The notes: a model not told the origin generated them from the letters alone. A DNA stretch of 64,000 nucleotides from Octopus vulgaris (GCA_951406725.2 OX597815.1:195982001-196046000), one strand, 5' to 3'. Shown: positions 40,051 through 54,684, counted from the stretch's first letter. Program-made: numbers and translations.

Positions 40051-40158
40051 AGTTTTTTCTTACAGTTGAATGCGGTATTTACACGCTACGTACGGTAGGT
40101 GGACAACGCATACACATATGAATATATCTAATGGTGTGAGTGTGTGTGAGTGTGTGTA

Positions 40159-40199
<41 letters not shown>

Positions 40200-40585
40200 T
40201 GATATATTTACGTACATTGATGTATGTGTATGCATGAATGTAAGTATGTGTGCTTGTAATATCTATATATGTATGTATGAGTGTGTGAGTGTATGTGTGA
40301 GCGTGGTTGGGTGTGTGAGAAAAATGTTTGTTTTTAACTTTTTTGTTCTACTACCATGTTATTATACGCGGACCTCTTATAGTTGTTTATTTTGGTGATC
40401 ATATAGGGAGACATGCATTTCCAAACACACACACACATAAACACACATACAGACACATGCATGCACACACACTACACACACACTCTTGCGCATTCACACA
40501 CATGTACGTATATCAACTTAAACGGCTGGCTGTTTTCTGGCGATTTCGCTTGTCTTTGCACATACACAAAAATATATATGTACAT

Positions 40586-40651
<66 letters not shown>

Positions 40652-40918
40652 ATCTACGTACGTGTGCATGTATCTATATACGAGCCTGTGTGTTTGTGTG
40701 AATATGTATATATATTTATATAAACATACATACACAAATATATATACAAATATGTGTGCATATATGTATGTACGTACGTGTGTCTGAATCTATATAAGTG
40801 TCTGTGTGTTTGTATGAATATATATATTTATATATATATATACATACATATACAAATATATATATTTATGTGTGTATTTATGTATGTGTGTATGTACGTA
40901 CGTGTGTCTGTGTGTGTG

Positions 40919-40970
<52 letters not shown>

Positions 40971-41959
40971 AAATAAACATACATATACCAATATATATAT
41001 ATATATATATACGTGTGTGTTTGTGTGTGTGTGCATGTATATTGATTCGTAATCACGCACTATCGAGCTTACTATATAACACATGCACAAATGTATATAT
41101 GGTATACCTATAAAGTTATCTAGTTCTAATTCGTTCCTTTCTTTCAATGTTTTATATACCCCGGTGTAAACGTGCCCACCCGCATAAATTTTTCGGTCTA
41201 ATAATAAGCTCATATATAAATGTCTGAACGTGTGTACACATTTGCATGTCTGTTTCTTTGGGGTTTCTGTTTTTTTTGTATGTGATATGGTGTGGAATGT
41301 ATGTGTGTTTGTGTGTTTGTGTGTGTTTGTGTGTGGTTGTGTGCACGGGCCTGTGTTTGACTTTGTATACGATTTGAAGATTCTCTCTTTGTGTGTAAAC
41401 GAGGCTCCAACTGTTACCCTTCGTTTTGCCGCTGCCTTTTAACACCCTTGAGATTCGTTTCACTCTCTCTCTCTATCTCTTCCAGTTGTATAATAACCTC
41501 CTCCTCGTTCGTAACTGGTAAATCGTTCATAAGTTATGTGAGACACAAACACAAATACACACACATACAAATACACACACATGCACACACGTTCACATAC
41601 CCTCATATAAAAAAGGTAAAAACGTGAATATAAATGCATAGAAATTTCTTCGCATACTCATGCATACGTTATTATTTTGTTTTGTTTTGGATTGTTCCGT
41701 TTCCTACTTTCGCTGTGCGAGCGCGAGCATTCTTGCGCGCGCTCTCTCACTCAAAACACACAGACACACACACACACTTCAACATATATCTATGCTTGTT
41801 GTATGTACGTATGTACTTGTCTGTATATATATTATATGCACTGACACATCCATATTCATAATAATATATATATTTAATCTAGTATGCATCCTCATACCCT
41901 CATGCGCGTACACATATGAATCTAAATTTATCTACGAATATCTTACTCTCTTTTTATAT

Positions 41960-41996
<37 letters not shown>

Positions 41997-43530
41997 ATGT
42001 CCTTTGCTTCATACAGCTCATATGCATACTTCCTCTCTCTCTCTCTCTCTTTCTCTTTCTCTCTCTACTACTCTCTGTCTCTCTCGTTCGCTTGCTCTCT
42101 CTCTCTCTCTCTCATTCTAAAACAAACACATACAGGCGATTACGTATACGCATGAGAATGATCAAACTGCCGAAATTCCCATCATTGCTATGATGTAGGT
42201 ATGAAGTTCTTTTGTTCTGTGACAATTCTTTCGTCTTTCTTTACGTTTTTTGTTCTTTTTACTTAATGTTACTTTTGAAAAAATTCGCATGTTCTACGGT
42301 CTTTTCTAATTCTATGTCTGTGCTCGCACAAACACATATACGTACACAGCGCAGAGAAACACAGAAACCCCCACACACACATAAACACATATGTACATAC
42401 ATACATACGTACGTACGTACATACATACGTACGTACGTACATACATACATTCCGTTCGTATACATTTTCGAGTGTCACATTCTTTGTATCTCTCTATATA
42501 TAAACCCTTTGTAGCTATATATAAAATACTTTGTAGCTATATACATATATAACCGTAAATCCTAACCCTAACCCTAAACACCGGGGTGTGCGATTTCTTT
42601 ATCTTCACCATATTATATATATATATGTGTGTGTATGAATATATATATATTTATATATATATGAATATATATATGTGTGTATATGTATTTATGTGTGTAT
42701 ATGTATATATATGTATATATATATATATATGTACATATATATGTAGATATGTATGTGTGTATATATGTATATATATATATATTTATATATATATGAATAT
42801 ATATATAAGCATATATATATATGAATATATATATAAGCATATATATATGAATATATATATATAAGCATATATATATGAATATATATATAAGCATATATAT
42901 ATGAATATATATATAAGCATATATATATGAATATATATATAAGCATATATATATATATATATATATGCATATATATATAAATATGTATATATGCACATAT
43001 ATATATGAATGTATATATACATATATATATATGAATATCTATTTGCATATATATTTATATATGTAGTTATATGAATATATATATATATACATACGGTGTA
43101 CTTTGCAAGTATTCCTAGTTAGAAAGTTACATTTCGGACAAATTGAAAATGTAAAAGGTTTTCCCTCCTAAAATAGAGAAACTTTAATGAAGTGTAATGT
43201 CTCAATCAAATTCACAACTCATTATTTCGGGTTTCAGACCCGGGAGCAAAAGTCAAACGAACATGTTTAGATTTGAAAGTTCCGGTGCGCATACGCATGT
43301 ATGTTTATGTGTGTATGCATATGTGTGTATGCATATGTGTGTTTATGTGGTTGTATGCGTGTATGTATGTGTGTGTGATAGGGGGAGGGAAAGACAGCGA
43401 GAGAGAGAGAGCTATCCATGCTTCTGTCAAAGGGCGTTTAACAGAGTTTTGAAACCGGCTAGCGGCCACAATTTCCTGATAGCGTATGAACTCCACGCTC
43501 CTCAGAACTCGTGAATGAACGCAGGGAAAT

Positions 43531-43572
<42 letters not shown>

Positions 43573-43793
43573 ATATGAGTGGTAGAGCTTAAATTAGTTT
43601 ATTGTTGATGTTAGTGTCATGTCAGCCTTGGCTGAACTTCCAGACATATGATGGTTAAAAATCGTTCCAGTCAAGCCCATTCCGCTGTTGTGTTTGATAT
43701 TTGATAGAAATTCGACTGCTATTTCTAGTTGGTTGACAAACCATAGGGAAACTCCTTTGATGGTCGTGAATGTGGAATGCGAAGATCAATCAG

Positions 43794-43831
<38 letters not shown>

Positions 43832-45194
43832 CTAGAATAGGAACAAATTCGTGGGGGTTAGTACGGTTGTGGTGGTGCTAGAAATATGTAGGAGAATTTT
43901 TAAATATGAGTAGTGTCGGGGTTTGGGGCGGAAAAAATTATAAAAACCAAAATATATATATAACGCACCAAAATTAAATGTTTTACTTTAGCGGGGTACA
44001 CGGCCGCTTTCCTTTCGGTGAAATGAAACATTGGAAATTGGTATTTTCTTACAAATCTCACTGTCTCACACTGCCATGGAGCAAAGGAAAGTTACCACCA
44101 AGTGGATTCGAACTCGGTTTTTAATGCTCCCATATTACTTTCACTATATTGTAAACAGTCTGCCGTGAAACCATCGAGTAACTACGTTGTCGTTCACCCT
44201 GCTAAAAAGAGGAACCAAATCTTCCTGAAGGGAAATTTAAATAAAAATAGAATATCGTACATAGAATAATGTCACTCTGCAGTATTCAGTCGTCGGCCAT
44301 TTAAGCAAGTAGAGGTGGTCACGGTAGGAATTTCCTTTGATAAATAATATACGTTTGTTCAGTCAGGCTTGACAAAATGGATACAAAAATAAAATAAACA
44401 AAATCTATGTAGTAGGAGTCACAAACACGTGAGTTAGTCACTTGGTGAGTGAACGAGGACTGAAGGAAATAATAAAAAAAAACAGGACAAAGTAAAATAT
44501 GTAAAAAAAAAGAATAATAAAAATGAAAGACAGAGAAAGAAAGTGAGAGAGAGTGAGAGAGGGGAAAGAGAGAAGTAGGAGGTGAGAAGAAGGAGTGGTG
44601 ATGTTTAAAAAACACCATTGTGGTAAGAGTGAAAGAGAATAATGCAATTGAAAGCACTTGCGTACACACACATACACACGCACAGTGCGCGCGGGCGCAA
44701 CACACACAAGTTGCACAGAGAGAGAGTAGGATGTTTTGGCTGATTAAATTGAGGCCGTGATTTCAATTCCTGGACCAGGCAGAGATTTGTGCGTATAAGA
44801 AAAGCACTTCATTTTCACATTGCAGTCGTATATAATAAACTAATAAATGAACGACAACCGGATGCTAACGTAAAATCGCTCGCGCTTAACCGACACACTA
44901 CACCTCACTCTCTTTCTCTCTCTCTGTCTCTCTCAATCTCTCTCACTGTCTCTCTCTCTCTGTCACTCGCTCTCTCCCTCTCCAACTGTTACATCTAGGA
45001 AGTGTTTTGGGGTCGAGGGTGAGGAGAGGTTGGGTCAAGGTAAACAAATGCATGGTAATGTGACGAGGCCATAATCGCTACGACTGGCAGGGTATCCACA
45101 TACACACAAATACATACACACATACACAAACACACATATACATACATATATATACACATACATGCACCTACACATACCTATACACATACACACA

Positions 45195-45310
45195 TATTTT
45201 ATTTTTTATTTCATTTAGTTTCAGTTCACGAGCTGTGGCCATGCGGGGGCACCGCCATTAGGTGTCATCATATACATACATGTATATATATATATATACA
45301 TATACATACA

Positions 45311-45344
<34 letters not shown>

Positions 45345-45430
45345 CTACACACACACATATTATATTTTTTATTTCCTCTAGTTTCAGCTCACGAGCTGTG
45401 GCCATGCTGGGGCACCGCCATTTGGTGTTA
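45195..45430 (-). mobile_element. Two isolated 70-bp LINE/SINE 3' tails
   Basis: About 45195-45268 and 45363-45430; minus strand ggcggtgccccagcatggccacagctcgtgagctgaaactag plus an A-rich tail. Confidence 0.7.
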
Positions 45431-45536
45431 CTATATATATATACACATATATATATAATATATAGAGATTATCATTATACATACATACGTCTTCTAAATG
45501 TTTTGCGTTCTTGTCCCAGTTTGTGTTTTTTTACAT

Positions 45537-45597
<61 letters not shown>

Positions 45598-45729
45598 AAC
45601 ACACATATACATAAAGCATAGTAGATATCGATACACACACACACACACACACACGTGTATGTAATATATAAAACAAAATACATATATACACAAACCCATT
45701 CACGTATATATTGGAATAAGTTCTAATGT

Positions 45730-45760
<31 letters not shown>

Positions 45761-45841
45761 GGAGTGTCAGGAGATGAGAAGATCGGAAGACTACTACATA
45801 AAACAAACTTATGAACTTGTATAACTAAAATACAATTCTTC

Positions 45842-45884
<43 letters not shown>

Positions 45885-46009
45885 TCACAAACACACACAA
45901 ACACAAGCACTCGCACACACACACACACACATATTCATAAATATAACTACATATTTTGTTAACGTTCCAAAAATATTACGACTATATGAATAATATATGT
46001 GTGTGTGTG

Positions 46010-46134
46010 TGTGTATATATATATTTATATATATATTAGATATACATATATATATATATTATATAAACATATATATATATATATTATATATGCATATAAT
46101 ATATACATATATATATATTATATATACATATATA

Positions 46135-46166
<32 letters not shown>

Positions 46167-46580
46167 GCTTATATATATATTATATATGTTTATATATATA
46201 TTATATATGCTTATATATATATTATATATGCTTATATATATTATATATGCTTATATATATATTATATATGCTTATATATATATTATATATGCATATATAT
46301 ATATTATATATACACATATATATATATATATATATATATATGCATATATATATATATTATATATGCATATATATATATATTATATATGCATATATATATA
46401 TATTATATATGCATATATATATATATTATATATGCATATATATATATATTATATATGCATATATATATATATTATATATGCATATATATATATATATTAT
46501 ATATGCATATATATATATATTATATATGCATATATATATATTATATATGCATATATATATTATATATATATATATATATA
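46010..46580. repeat. AT-rich satellite, unit tatatgc(a/t)tatatatatat
   Basis: Direct inspection; a similar array (gaatatatatataagcatatatatat) lies at 42790-42950. Confidence 0.9.
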
Positions 46581-46756
46581 GAATATGCATATAGAATATA
46601 TACGTATATGTACATACCTATATATACTGTATTCGTATACACAAACATACACACCTAAGTAATATGTTGTATATATATAATTTCCTCATCCATATTCACA
46701 TATGTAGATAAATACGGTGATTTTTCTGTACAGCTGTGTGAATATGCATATATACA

Positions 46757-46808
<52 letters not shown>

Positions 46809-47108
46809 GTTATGATTGTGCATTTAAAATAGCGGTTTTCATGCGCTGTTCTTATGCGTGCGTCTGTGTTATTGTTCGTTGGTGTAATTGTGCTGATCAC
46901 AAATGCTTCCATTTCTGGACGACTTCCCCTTTCATCTTTTATGCTCGATCGATAATATAACTCCCATACATGGTCACGGAACTGAAACGTCATTCGATCG
47001 ACGTTCAGAATAGTCCACCAATTCTCTAGACTAGTCAGAAAATCTATGTGCTTATACGTGTTTTATATATGTATGTATATATTATATTATATTATGTATA
47101 TATTATAT

Positions 47109-47147
<39 letters not shown>

Positions 47148-47150
<3 letters not shown>

Positions 47151-47565
47151 TCTTTTACTTGTTTCACTCATTTGACTGCGGCCATGCTGGAGCACCGCCT
47201 TTAGTCGAGCAAATCGACCCCGGCACTTATTCTTTTTGTAAGCCCAGTACTTATTCTATCGGCCTCTTTTGCCGAACCGCTAAGTGACGGGGACCTAAAC
47301 ACGCCAGCATCTGTTGTCAAGCAATGCTAGGGGGACAAACAGAGACACACAAACATATACACACACATACATACATATATATACATATATACGACAGGCT
47401 TCTTTCAGTTTCCGTCTACCAAATCCACTCACAAGGCATTGGTCGGACCGGGGCTATAGCAGACGACAATTGCCCAAGATGCCACGCAGTGGGACTGAAC
47501 CCGGAACCATGTGGTTGGTAAACAAGCTACTTACCACACAGTCACTCCTGCGCCTATGTATATAT

Positions 47566-47597
<32 letters not shown>

Positions 47598-48192
47598 TCT
47601 CTTATTCGTATATTTTTTTCATTCAAGCAAACTTATTCTTTGTAATCTAGTACTTAATATATCGGTCTCTTACGAAACCAATAAGTTACGGGGATGCAAA
47701 CACACCGGCATCGGTTGTCAAAGCAATGTTGGCTGGGGGGGGGGGGCACACACACACACACATACATACACACAGACATACGATGGGCTTCTTTCAGTTT
47801 CAGTCTACCAAATCCATTCACTTTGGTCGATCCGTGCCTATATAAGAAGGCACTTGACCAAGGTGCCACGCATTGGGACTGAACCCGGAGCCATCTGGCT
47901 GGTAAGCAAGCTACTTACCACACAGCCACTCCTGCGCTATGTATAAGGCGGCGAGCTGGCAGAAACGTTAGCACGCCGGGCGAAATGCGTAGCCGTATTT
48001 CGTCTGTCGTTCGTTCTGAGTTCAAATTCCGCCGAGGTCGACTTTGCCTTTCATCCTTTCGGGGTCGATAAATCAAGTACCAGTTACGCACTGGGGTCGA
48101 TGTAATCGACTAAATCCCTTTGTCTGTCCTTGTTTGTCCCCTCTGTGTTTAGCCCCTTGTGGGTAGTAAAGAAATATATATACATATGTATA

Positions 48193-48237
<45 letters not shown>

Positions 48238-48430
48238 ACGCTATCTCTCTCTCTCACACACACATACGCACGTCGGGTTTCATTCAGTTTCCGTCTACGA
48301 AATCCATTTATGAGGCGTCGGTTGGCCCCAGGCTTATTGGACAACACACGCCCAAGGTACCATACTGTGTGGAACAATCTGTAGGCAGATTGAGAAGCAA
48401 TCTTCTTATCACACAGCCTTAGTTGCGCCT
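47148..48430. mobile_element. SINE cluster: A (47148-47555, -), A (47625-47937, -), B (47945-48176, +), degenerate A (48265-48430, -)
   Basis: Homology to the other copies in the window. Confidence 0.88.
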
Positions 48431-48882
48431 ATACATAGATGCATAAACACACACACACACACACACATATTGTGTGAATGTGTGTGTATGTTTGGGTCCA
48501 GAATCGAACACGAGTTCGCAAAGAACCGCTCAAGTGTCATTTGTTTGCTTGTGTTCTGTTGTTTTCTCCTCGTCTGAATCAACCGACGGTGAATTTTGTC
48601 TGATGCATTTAACATGCCATATAACAGACAACAGCTCTGCAGGAAAATGTCCAACAAATTACAGACATGAAAAAAAAAAAAAAAGGAAATAAAAATAGAA
48701 ATAAAACAATTATTTTTGCGGGAGAGAAGTGACACTATGAAAGTTTCTTGTTACAAAATTTATAAACATGGGAGCGCCAATTCAAGCGAAATTTTTTTTT
48801 TTTTTTTTTTTTTACGTCAGAAAGTATATTCCATAAGTAATATTCAGATAGTCATAATGATATATTTGAAATAAGAGCCTAA

Positions 48883-49177
48883 TACATATATATAAAAGTA
48901 AGGTTGTGTGTCTGTCTCCTACGATTTAGATTCGTAACTACTCCCACATTTTGCGGTGCAGTTTAACCAAAACCGGGTATCTTATAGTCGTGATTCATAT
49001 CGAGCCCTTCTGGGTATTAGCGCGCGTCTACGATGAGTCTACGATTTTAAAAAAAAATTACCATCATTTTTTCCATTTTTAATGCAATTTTTTGCTATTT
49101 TTTGGCTATAACTCTCTAAAAATGCTTATATAGTTCTTTCCCTTACAAACCCGAGCAACGCCGGGCAATACTGCTAG
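48883..49177 (+). mobile_element. Non-autonomous Helitron, second family sharing the same 3' end
   Basis: The last 130 bp match 15450-15582, including hairpin cccgagcaacgccggg and CTAG|T. The 5' body is unrelated. Confidence 0.82.
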
Positions 49178-49548
49178 TACATATATAAATTTGTGTGTGT
49201 GTGTTTTGGCGTTGTGGATGTGTGTGGATAATTCGCTTATATATTTTGATGGAATATTAGTTACTGACATATGAATGCCGGAAGTTGAGAGATTTTGAAA
49301 AGTAAAGGATGTTTCAGTCAAATTACAATTTAAATTTAACAAATCAAATGCAGGTGAAAATGCTTTCAGGTGTAGGGGTTAAGTTTGAGGCGAAATTTGA
49401 CTAATGTATCTACAAGGACAGGTATTTATATGTATAGATACGTATATAGTTGTGTATGTATATATATTTATGTGTGTGTGTGTATATTCATACATATCTG
49501 TATATGTGTATATATAGGTGGAGGAGTGACTGTGTACCCGTCGTATAA

Positions 49549-49582
<34 letters not shown>

Positions 49583-49806
49583 CTGTGTGCGTACGTGTAT
49601 ATATATATATATAATATATCTGTGTATACATATCTATCTATATACATATATATATATCTATATGTATGTATCTATCTATCTAAATGTATGTATATATATA
49701 TATGTGTGTATACATATCTATCTATATACATATATATATCTATATGTATGTATCTATCTATCTATCTAAATGTATATATGTATGTATGTATCTATCTAAA
49801 TGAATG

Positions 49807-49849
<43 letters not shown>

Positions 49850-50274
49850 GTGTATACATATATATCTATATATATATATATATATATCGATATGTATGTA
49901 TGTATCTATCTATCTAAATGTATGTATGTATGTATATATATATATATATATATATGTATGCATATATATATAGATAGATAGATAGTTAGATAGATAGACA
50001 TACACATACATATATGAATTTATATGAACTATTTTATGTATCTGTTTACACAGTATACATATATATATAGCTGAATGCGTATGTGTATATTCATATACGT
50101 ATATAGATATATACGCACGTGCATATACATGTGTTTGTGTCTGTCCATATACTGAAACACATATGTACATATGTATGTATACAGTTATATACATAGCGAC
50201 ATATACATTTGTATGTGCATAATTTCCATTTATACATATGTATATATATATTTATATATATGTACGCATGCATG

Positions 50275-50340
<66 letters not shown>

Positions 50341-50445
50341 TGTATTCATTTATCCTTCTATATGATTCAACCCTAAGGCTGTGGCCATGCAGGCCATTAC
50401 CAGTGTAAGTAATCACCTTCTAAATGGTCAATTCTATGTTCTGGG

Positions 50446-50493
<48 letters not shown>

Positions 50494-50502
50494 TGCTGAG
50501 TA

Positions 50503-50650
50503 GTTGGTGTTAGGAAGGGCATCCAGCTGTAAAAAACCTGTAAAAACTGTTTGATACAGAAGTTTGGTGCAGGCATCTACCTGCCCAGCTCATGTCAAAC
50601 TGTCCCACCCATGTTAGCATGGAAGTTAAGCCTTGATGATCATCATTATG
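50503..50650 (+). mobile_element. 3' fragment of a further SINE-like repeat
   Basis: gttggtgttaggaagggcatccagctgtaaaaa...cccatgttagcatggaag plus a (GAT)-like tail. Motif recognised from invertebrate SINE bodies; single copy here. Confidence 0.5.
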
Positions 50651-50772
50651 ATCAATAATATATATATAATTTATGCATATATATGTATGTATGTATATAT
50701 ACATATATATATATATGTATGTATATATATATATATATATTATTATGTATATATATATATATATGTATGTAT

Positions 50773-50803
<31 letters not shown>

Positions 50804-50890
50804 ATATATATATATATATGTATGTTATATATATATATATGTATATGTATATATATATATTTATATATATTATATATATATATTATTATA

Positions 50891-50925
<35 letters not shown>

Positions 50926-50966
50926 TATATATATATATAATATAATGCATATATATTATACCTATA

Positions 50967-51324
50967 TCTCTCTCTATATAAACGGCAGTTTGTCTGTGCG
51001 TGTTTCTGTGTGTCTTTTTCTTGTACCCTCACCTGACCACGGCTTTCAACCGATTCTGATGAAACTTGACACACACATAGCCCAATGTCATAATTCAAAA
51101 CTAATATATAATTTTGAAAAGTTCCCCCAGTTCTGAAAAAAATATAAATTCGATATGGGGTCGAGAATCAGAAACACAAACCACAAACTGTCTAGGGGAC
51201 GCAACTCCACCTTTTTTAACTATCAAAAAAAATTTACCATCATTTTTTTCCATTTTTATATATATTTATAACTCTATAAAACATATATATTATTTCCTTA
51301 CAAACCTGAGCAACGCCGGGCGAT
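50967..51324 (+). mobile_element. Non-autonomous Helitron, corrupted copy lacking CTAG
   Basis: Collinear with 15197-15582, with several segments replaced by TA-like sequence. Confidence 0.8.
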
Positions 51325-51411
51325 ATATATATACATATATATATATTTATATATACATATATATTATACCTATATATATACATATATATATATAATGTAC
51401 ATATATATATA

Positions 51412-51457
<46 letters not shown>

Positions 51458-51962
51458 CATATATATGTATGTATGTGTTTGCTCATACGCTCAGGGGTTT
51501 GGGCTTATGCATGTAATTTGGGATACCTTGAGAAGTCAGTAGATAACACATGGTTATATATATATATATTTATGTATATATATATGTATATATTTATATG
51601 TGTGTATGTATGTATGTATGTATGTATGTATATGTATGTAATAGGTATGTTTATGTGTAAATTTGTATGTTTTGTTTTATCTTTGTCTTGTCATGCATAT
51701 AGTTGCTTATCTCGAAATGCTCATATATACGTTTAAGTGATAAAGTTCTGTAAAGTTTTACAGACTTTTACAGTTCTAATGATGTACTGTATCTGTAGTC
51801 TTGGAATCGGCTTTCTCCTTCCTGATTTTGAGAAGCCTAATTTCTCAAGATTGGTATTTAGGCAGTGTGTTACATATTCCAGCACCCCCATAACTATGTA
51901 TGTATGTATGTATTCATGCATGTAGGTGTAAGCGTACAAATATATCTATATGTGTTGATATG

Positions 51963-52004
<42 letters not shown>

Positions 52005-52006
<2 letters not shown>

Positions 52007-52625
52007 AGATACGGTTAATATATTGCCGTCTAAATTAGGCTAAAATGAAATTAAATTTGACATCTCATGTTAACAGATATATTCACCAAAATTACGTACG
52101 AATACTGTGAAATACTAAAGAGTCGCTAAAATTTAGTTGCTAAAATCCCATTTATCTTCAATGACGACCTTCAGATGCCTTTTGATTCTCCTACAACTCT
52201 CGTGAATTGTGTCTTTGTTGAAGTTGGTGAATGCTGCCATAATCCATGCTTTTAGCTCATCTTTGATTTTACAAGGAGTTTTGTTGGTCTCTCGCTCAAC
52301 TGCTTCCGGCACAATAATCAAAGAGGTTGCAGTCTGGGGAGTTAAGTGGCCGGATATTAGGTGTTTTGTGGTCTCAGAAATTGTCGGACAGCCATGACTG
52401 GATTCTCATGTTTGTGTGGCATGGTGCAGAGTCCTGTTGCCAGACGTAGGGTCTTCCAGCAGCTACCCTCTTGACCCAGGGCAGAACTACCGCCTCCAAA
52501 CACTTGATGTAGGCATTCGTGTCGAATCTGAAGCCGTGTGGGAAGATGAATGGAGGCATAACGTCGTCATCACTAGTGATCACTCTAAATACCATGATGT
52601 TGACTGGATGTTTGATTCTTATATA
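52005..52625 (-). mobile_element. 3' half of a maT (DD37D) transposon with a transposase pseudogene fragment
   Basis: WQQDSAPCH...SDNF*DHKTPNIRPLNSPDCNLFDY has 37 residues between the second and third catalytic Asp by my count; followed by AVERETNKTP...CRRIKRHLKVVIED. Confidence 0.9.
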
Positions 52626-52690
52626 CTGTCCTCAGATTGAAACGAAAAAATCTGTATGTGTGTGTGTTTGTGAATGTATGTGCATGTATA

Positions 52691-53072
52691 TCTCTCTCTA
52701 TATAAACGGCAGTTTGTCTGTGCGTTTTCTGTGTGTCTGTATTCTCGTACCCTCACTCTGACCACGGCTTTCAACCCATTCTGATGAAACTTGACACACA
52801 CATAGCCCAATGTCATAATTCAAAACTAACGCAGCGAAAATTTTGAAAAGTTCCCCCAGTTCTGAAAAAATCGATAAATTCGACATGGGGTCGAGAATCA
52901 GAAACCCAAACCGCAGACCGTCTAGGGGACGCAACTCCACCTTTTTTAACTCTCAAAAAAATTTACCATAATTTTTTTTCCATTTTTTTGCTATTTTTGG
53001 GCTATAACTCTCTAAAAATGCTTTATAGTTATTTCCCTTACAAACCTGAGCAACGCCGGGCGATACTGCTAG
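52691..53072 (+). mobile_element. Non-autonomous Helitron
   Basis: A|TC...hairpin...CTAG|T; near-identical to 15197-15582. Confidence 0.88.
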
Positions 53073-53569
53073 TGTATATATATATATATGTTCAAATATA
53101 AAACGAAACACACACCAATGTGAGGAAGTGACACATGGAATGTATTAGCAGACCCTCAGGGAAAGAAAGGTGGCTTAATCTTTCGAGCAGAGACTCTTGT
53201 TTGGAAAGAGAAGAAAGTCCAATAGAAGCGAGACGGAAGAAGAAAATCGCCAACGATTCACATGTGGTTACATTTTGAAATGACCGGAAGGGATGGGTGA
53301 AGAAAAAGGTCTTTCTAAGACAGGAGTATAAGAGAAATAGATATGTGTGTGTGTGAATATGTGACACACAAACACACCCACACACTCACATATACACACT
53401 CCCACACTCTAACTCTGAGACAAAGACACACAAACACCAATACAGACACTCACATATAGATATACGTATACATGCTTAAATGTATACGTATATATGTATA
53501 TTTATATGCATTATGTTTCCGTGTGTATCTATATGTATTTATCTCTCTCTCTCTTTCTCTCTCTGTATG

Positions 53570-53603
<34 letters not shown>

Positions 53604-54239
53604 AGTATGTGCATGTGTGTGTGTGTAATCATATAGATTCATGTTTCACATATTAACATGAACAACCACTTCAATAAGGTATACATGTTATATTTACTGG
53701 GGAATTAACGTTTTTATGATTGTTTGTGTACTTTCTATATTTGTCTTCACTGAACGCTCTCTTGTAAGATGTGAAAGAAAACAGTCTATTATTTCTTTTT
53801 ATTATTCCATTATACTCACAGAAAATGTCAAAATGACTAGAGCTAAGGGTTAACATGCCCTAGTATAAATCGCACAAAAAATATATTTGATTCACCAAGT
53901 GTCTTTCAATGAGGCGAGTTCAGTTATGTAATCATGTATTGATAATGTCCAAAAACAAACACGGATCGTTTAAGATTAGCTCATTGATCAACAGAGCAAT
54001 GAACGAACAAGAATTATAAAGGAAGACACAAGCAACGAATGAGTAATGAACCCAAAATAGAGTTTCCAATGGAACTGCAGAACCAATCTAAAGAATCTTA
54101 ACGAAGAGATATGAACTGGCAAAATTCTAGTCGTTCTGATATTTGTTAAGCCACAATCGTTCATAGAGTGATGTGAAATGTGTTCCGTTCCATAGATGTG
54201 AAATTCAATCACTCACTCACTCAATCAGTCAATCAATAA

Positions 54240-54319
<80 letters not shown>

Positions 54320-54539
54320 GTCTGTCTGTCTGTCTATCTGTCTGTCTGTCTGTCTGTCTGTCTATATGTTTGTCTGTCTCTGTATGTCTGTCTGTTTGTC
54401 TATCTATCTGTCTGTCTGTATGTCTGTTTCTAAACACACATTTTCTTATATACATAAATGTAAAGCTAACTATACGCATGCATACATGTTGACTCACACG
54501 TGTGTGTGTGAGTAGGTGTGTATGTATATGTATATAATA

Positions 54540-54575
<36 letters not shown>

Positions 54576-54648
54576 TGTATGCATGTGTGTATTATGTGTG
54601 TATGTATGTGTGTGTGTTTATATATATGTATGTATATATGTATATATA

Positions 54649-54684
<36 letters not shown>

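Noticed and set aside
42560-42578. Telomere-like (CCCTAA) repeats
   Set aside because: Fewer than three full units; too short to call an interstitial telomere.
45997-46658. Long Tyr/Ile ORFs, and the many YIYI, CVCV and HTHT ORFs elsewhere
   Set aside because: Stop-free microsatellite translations.
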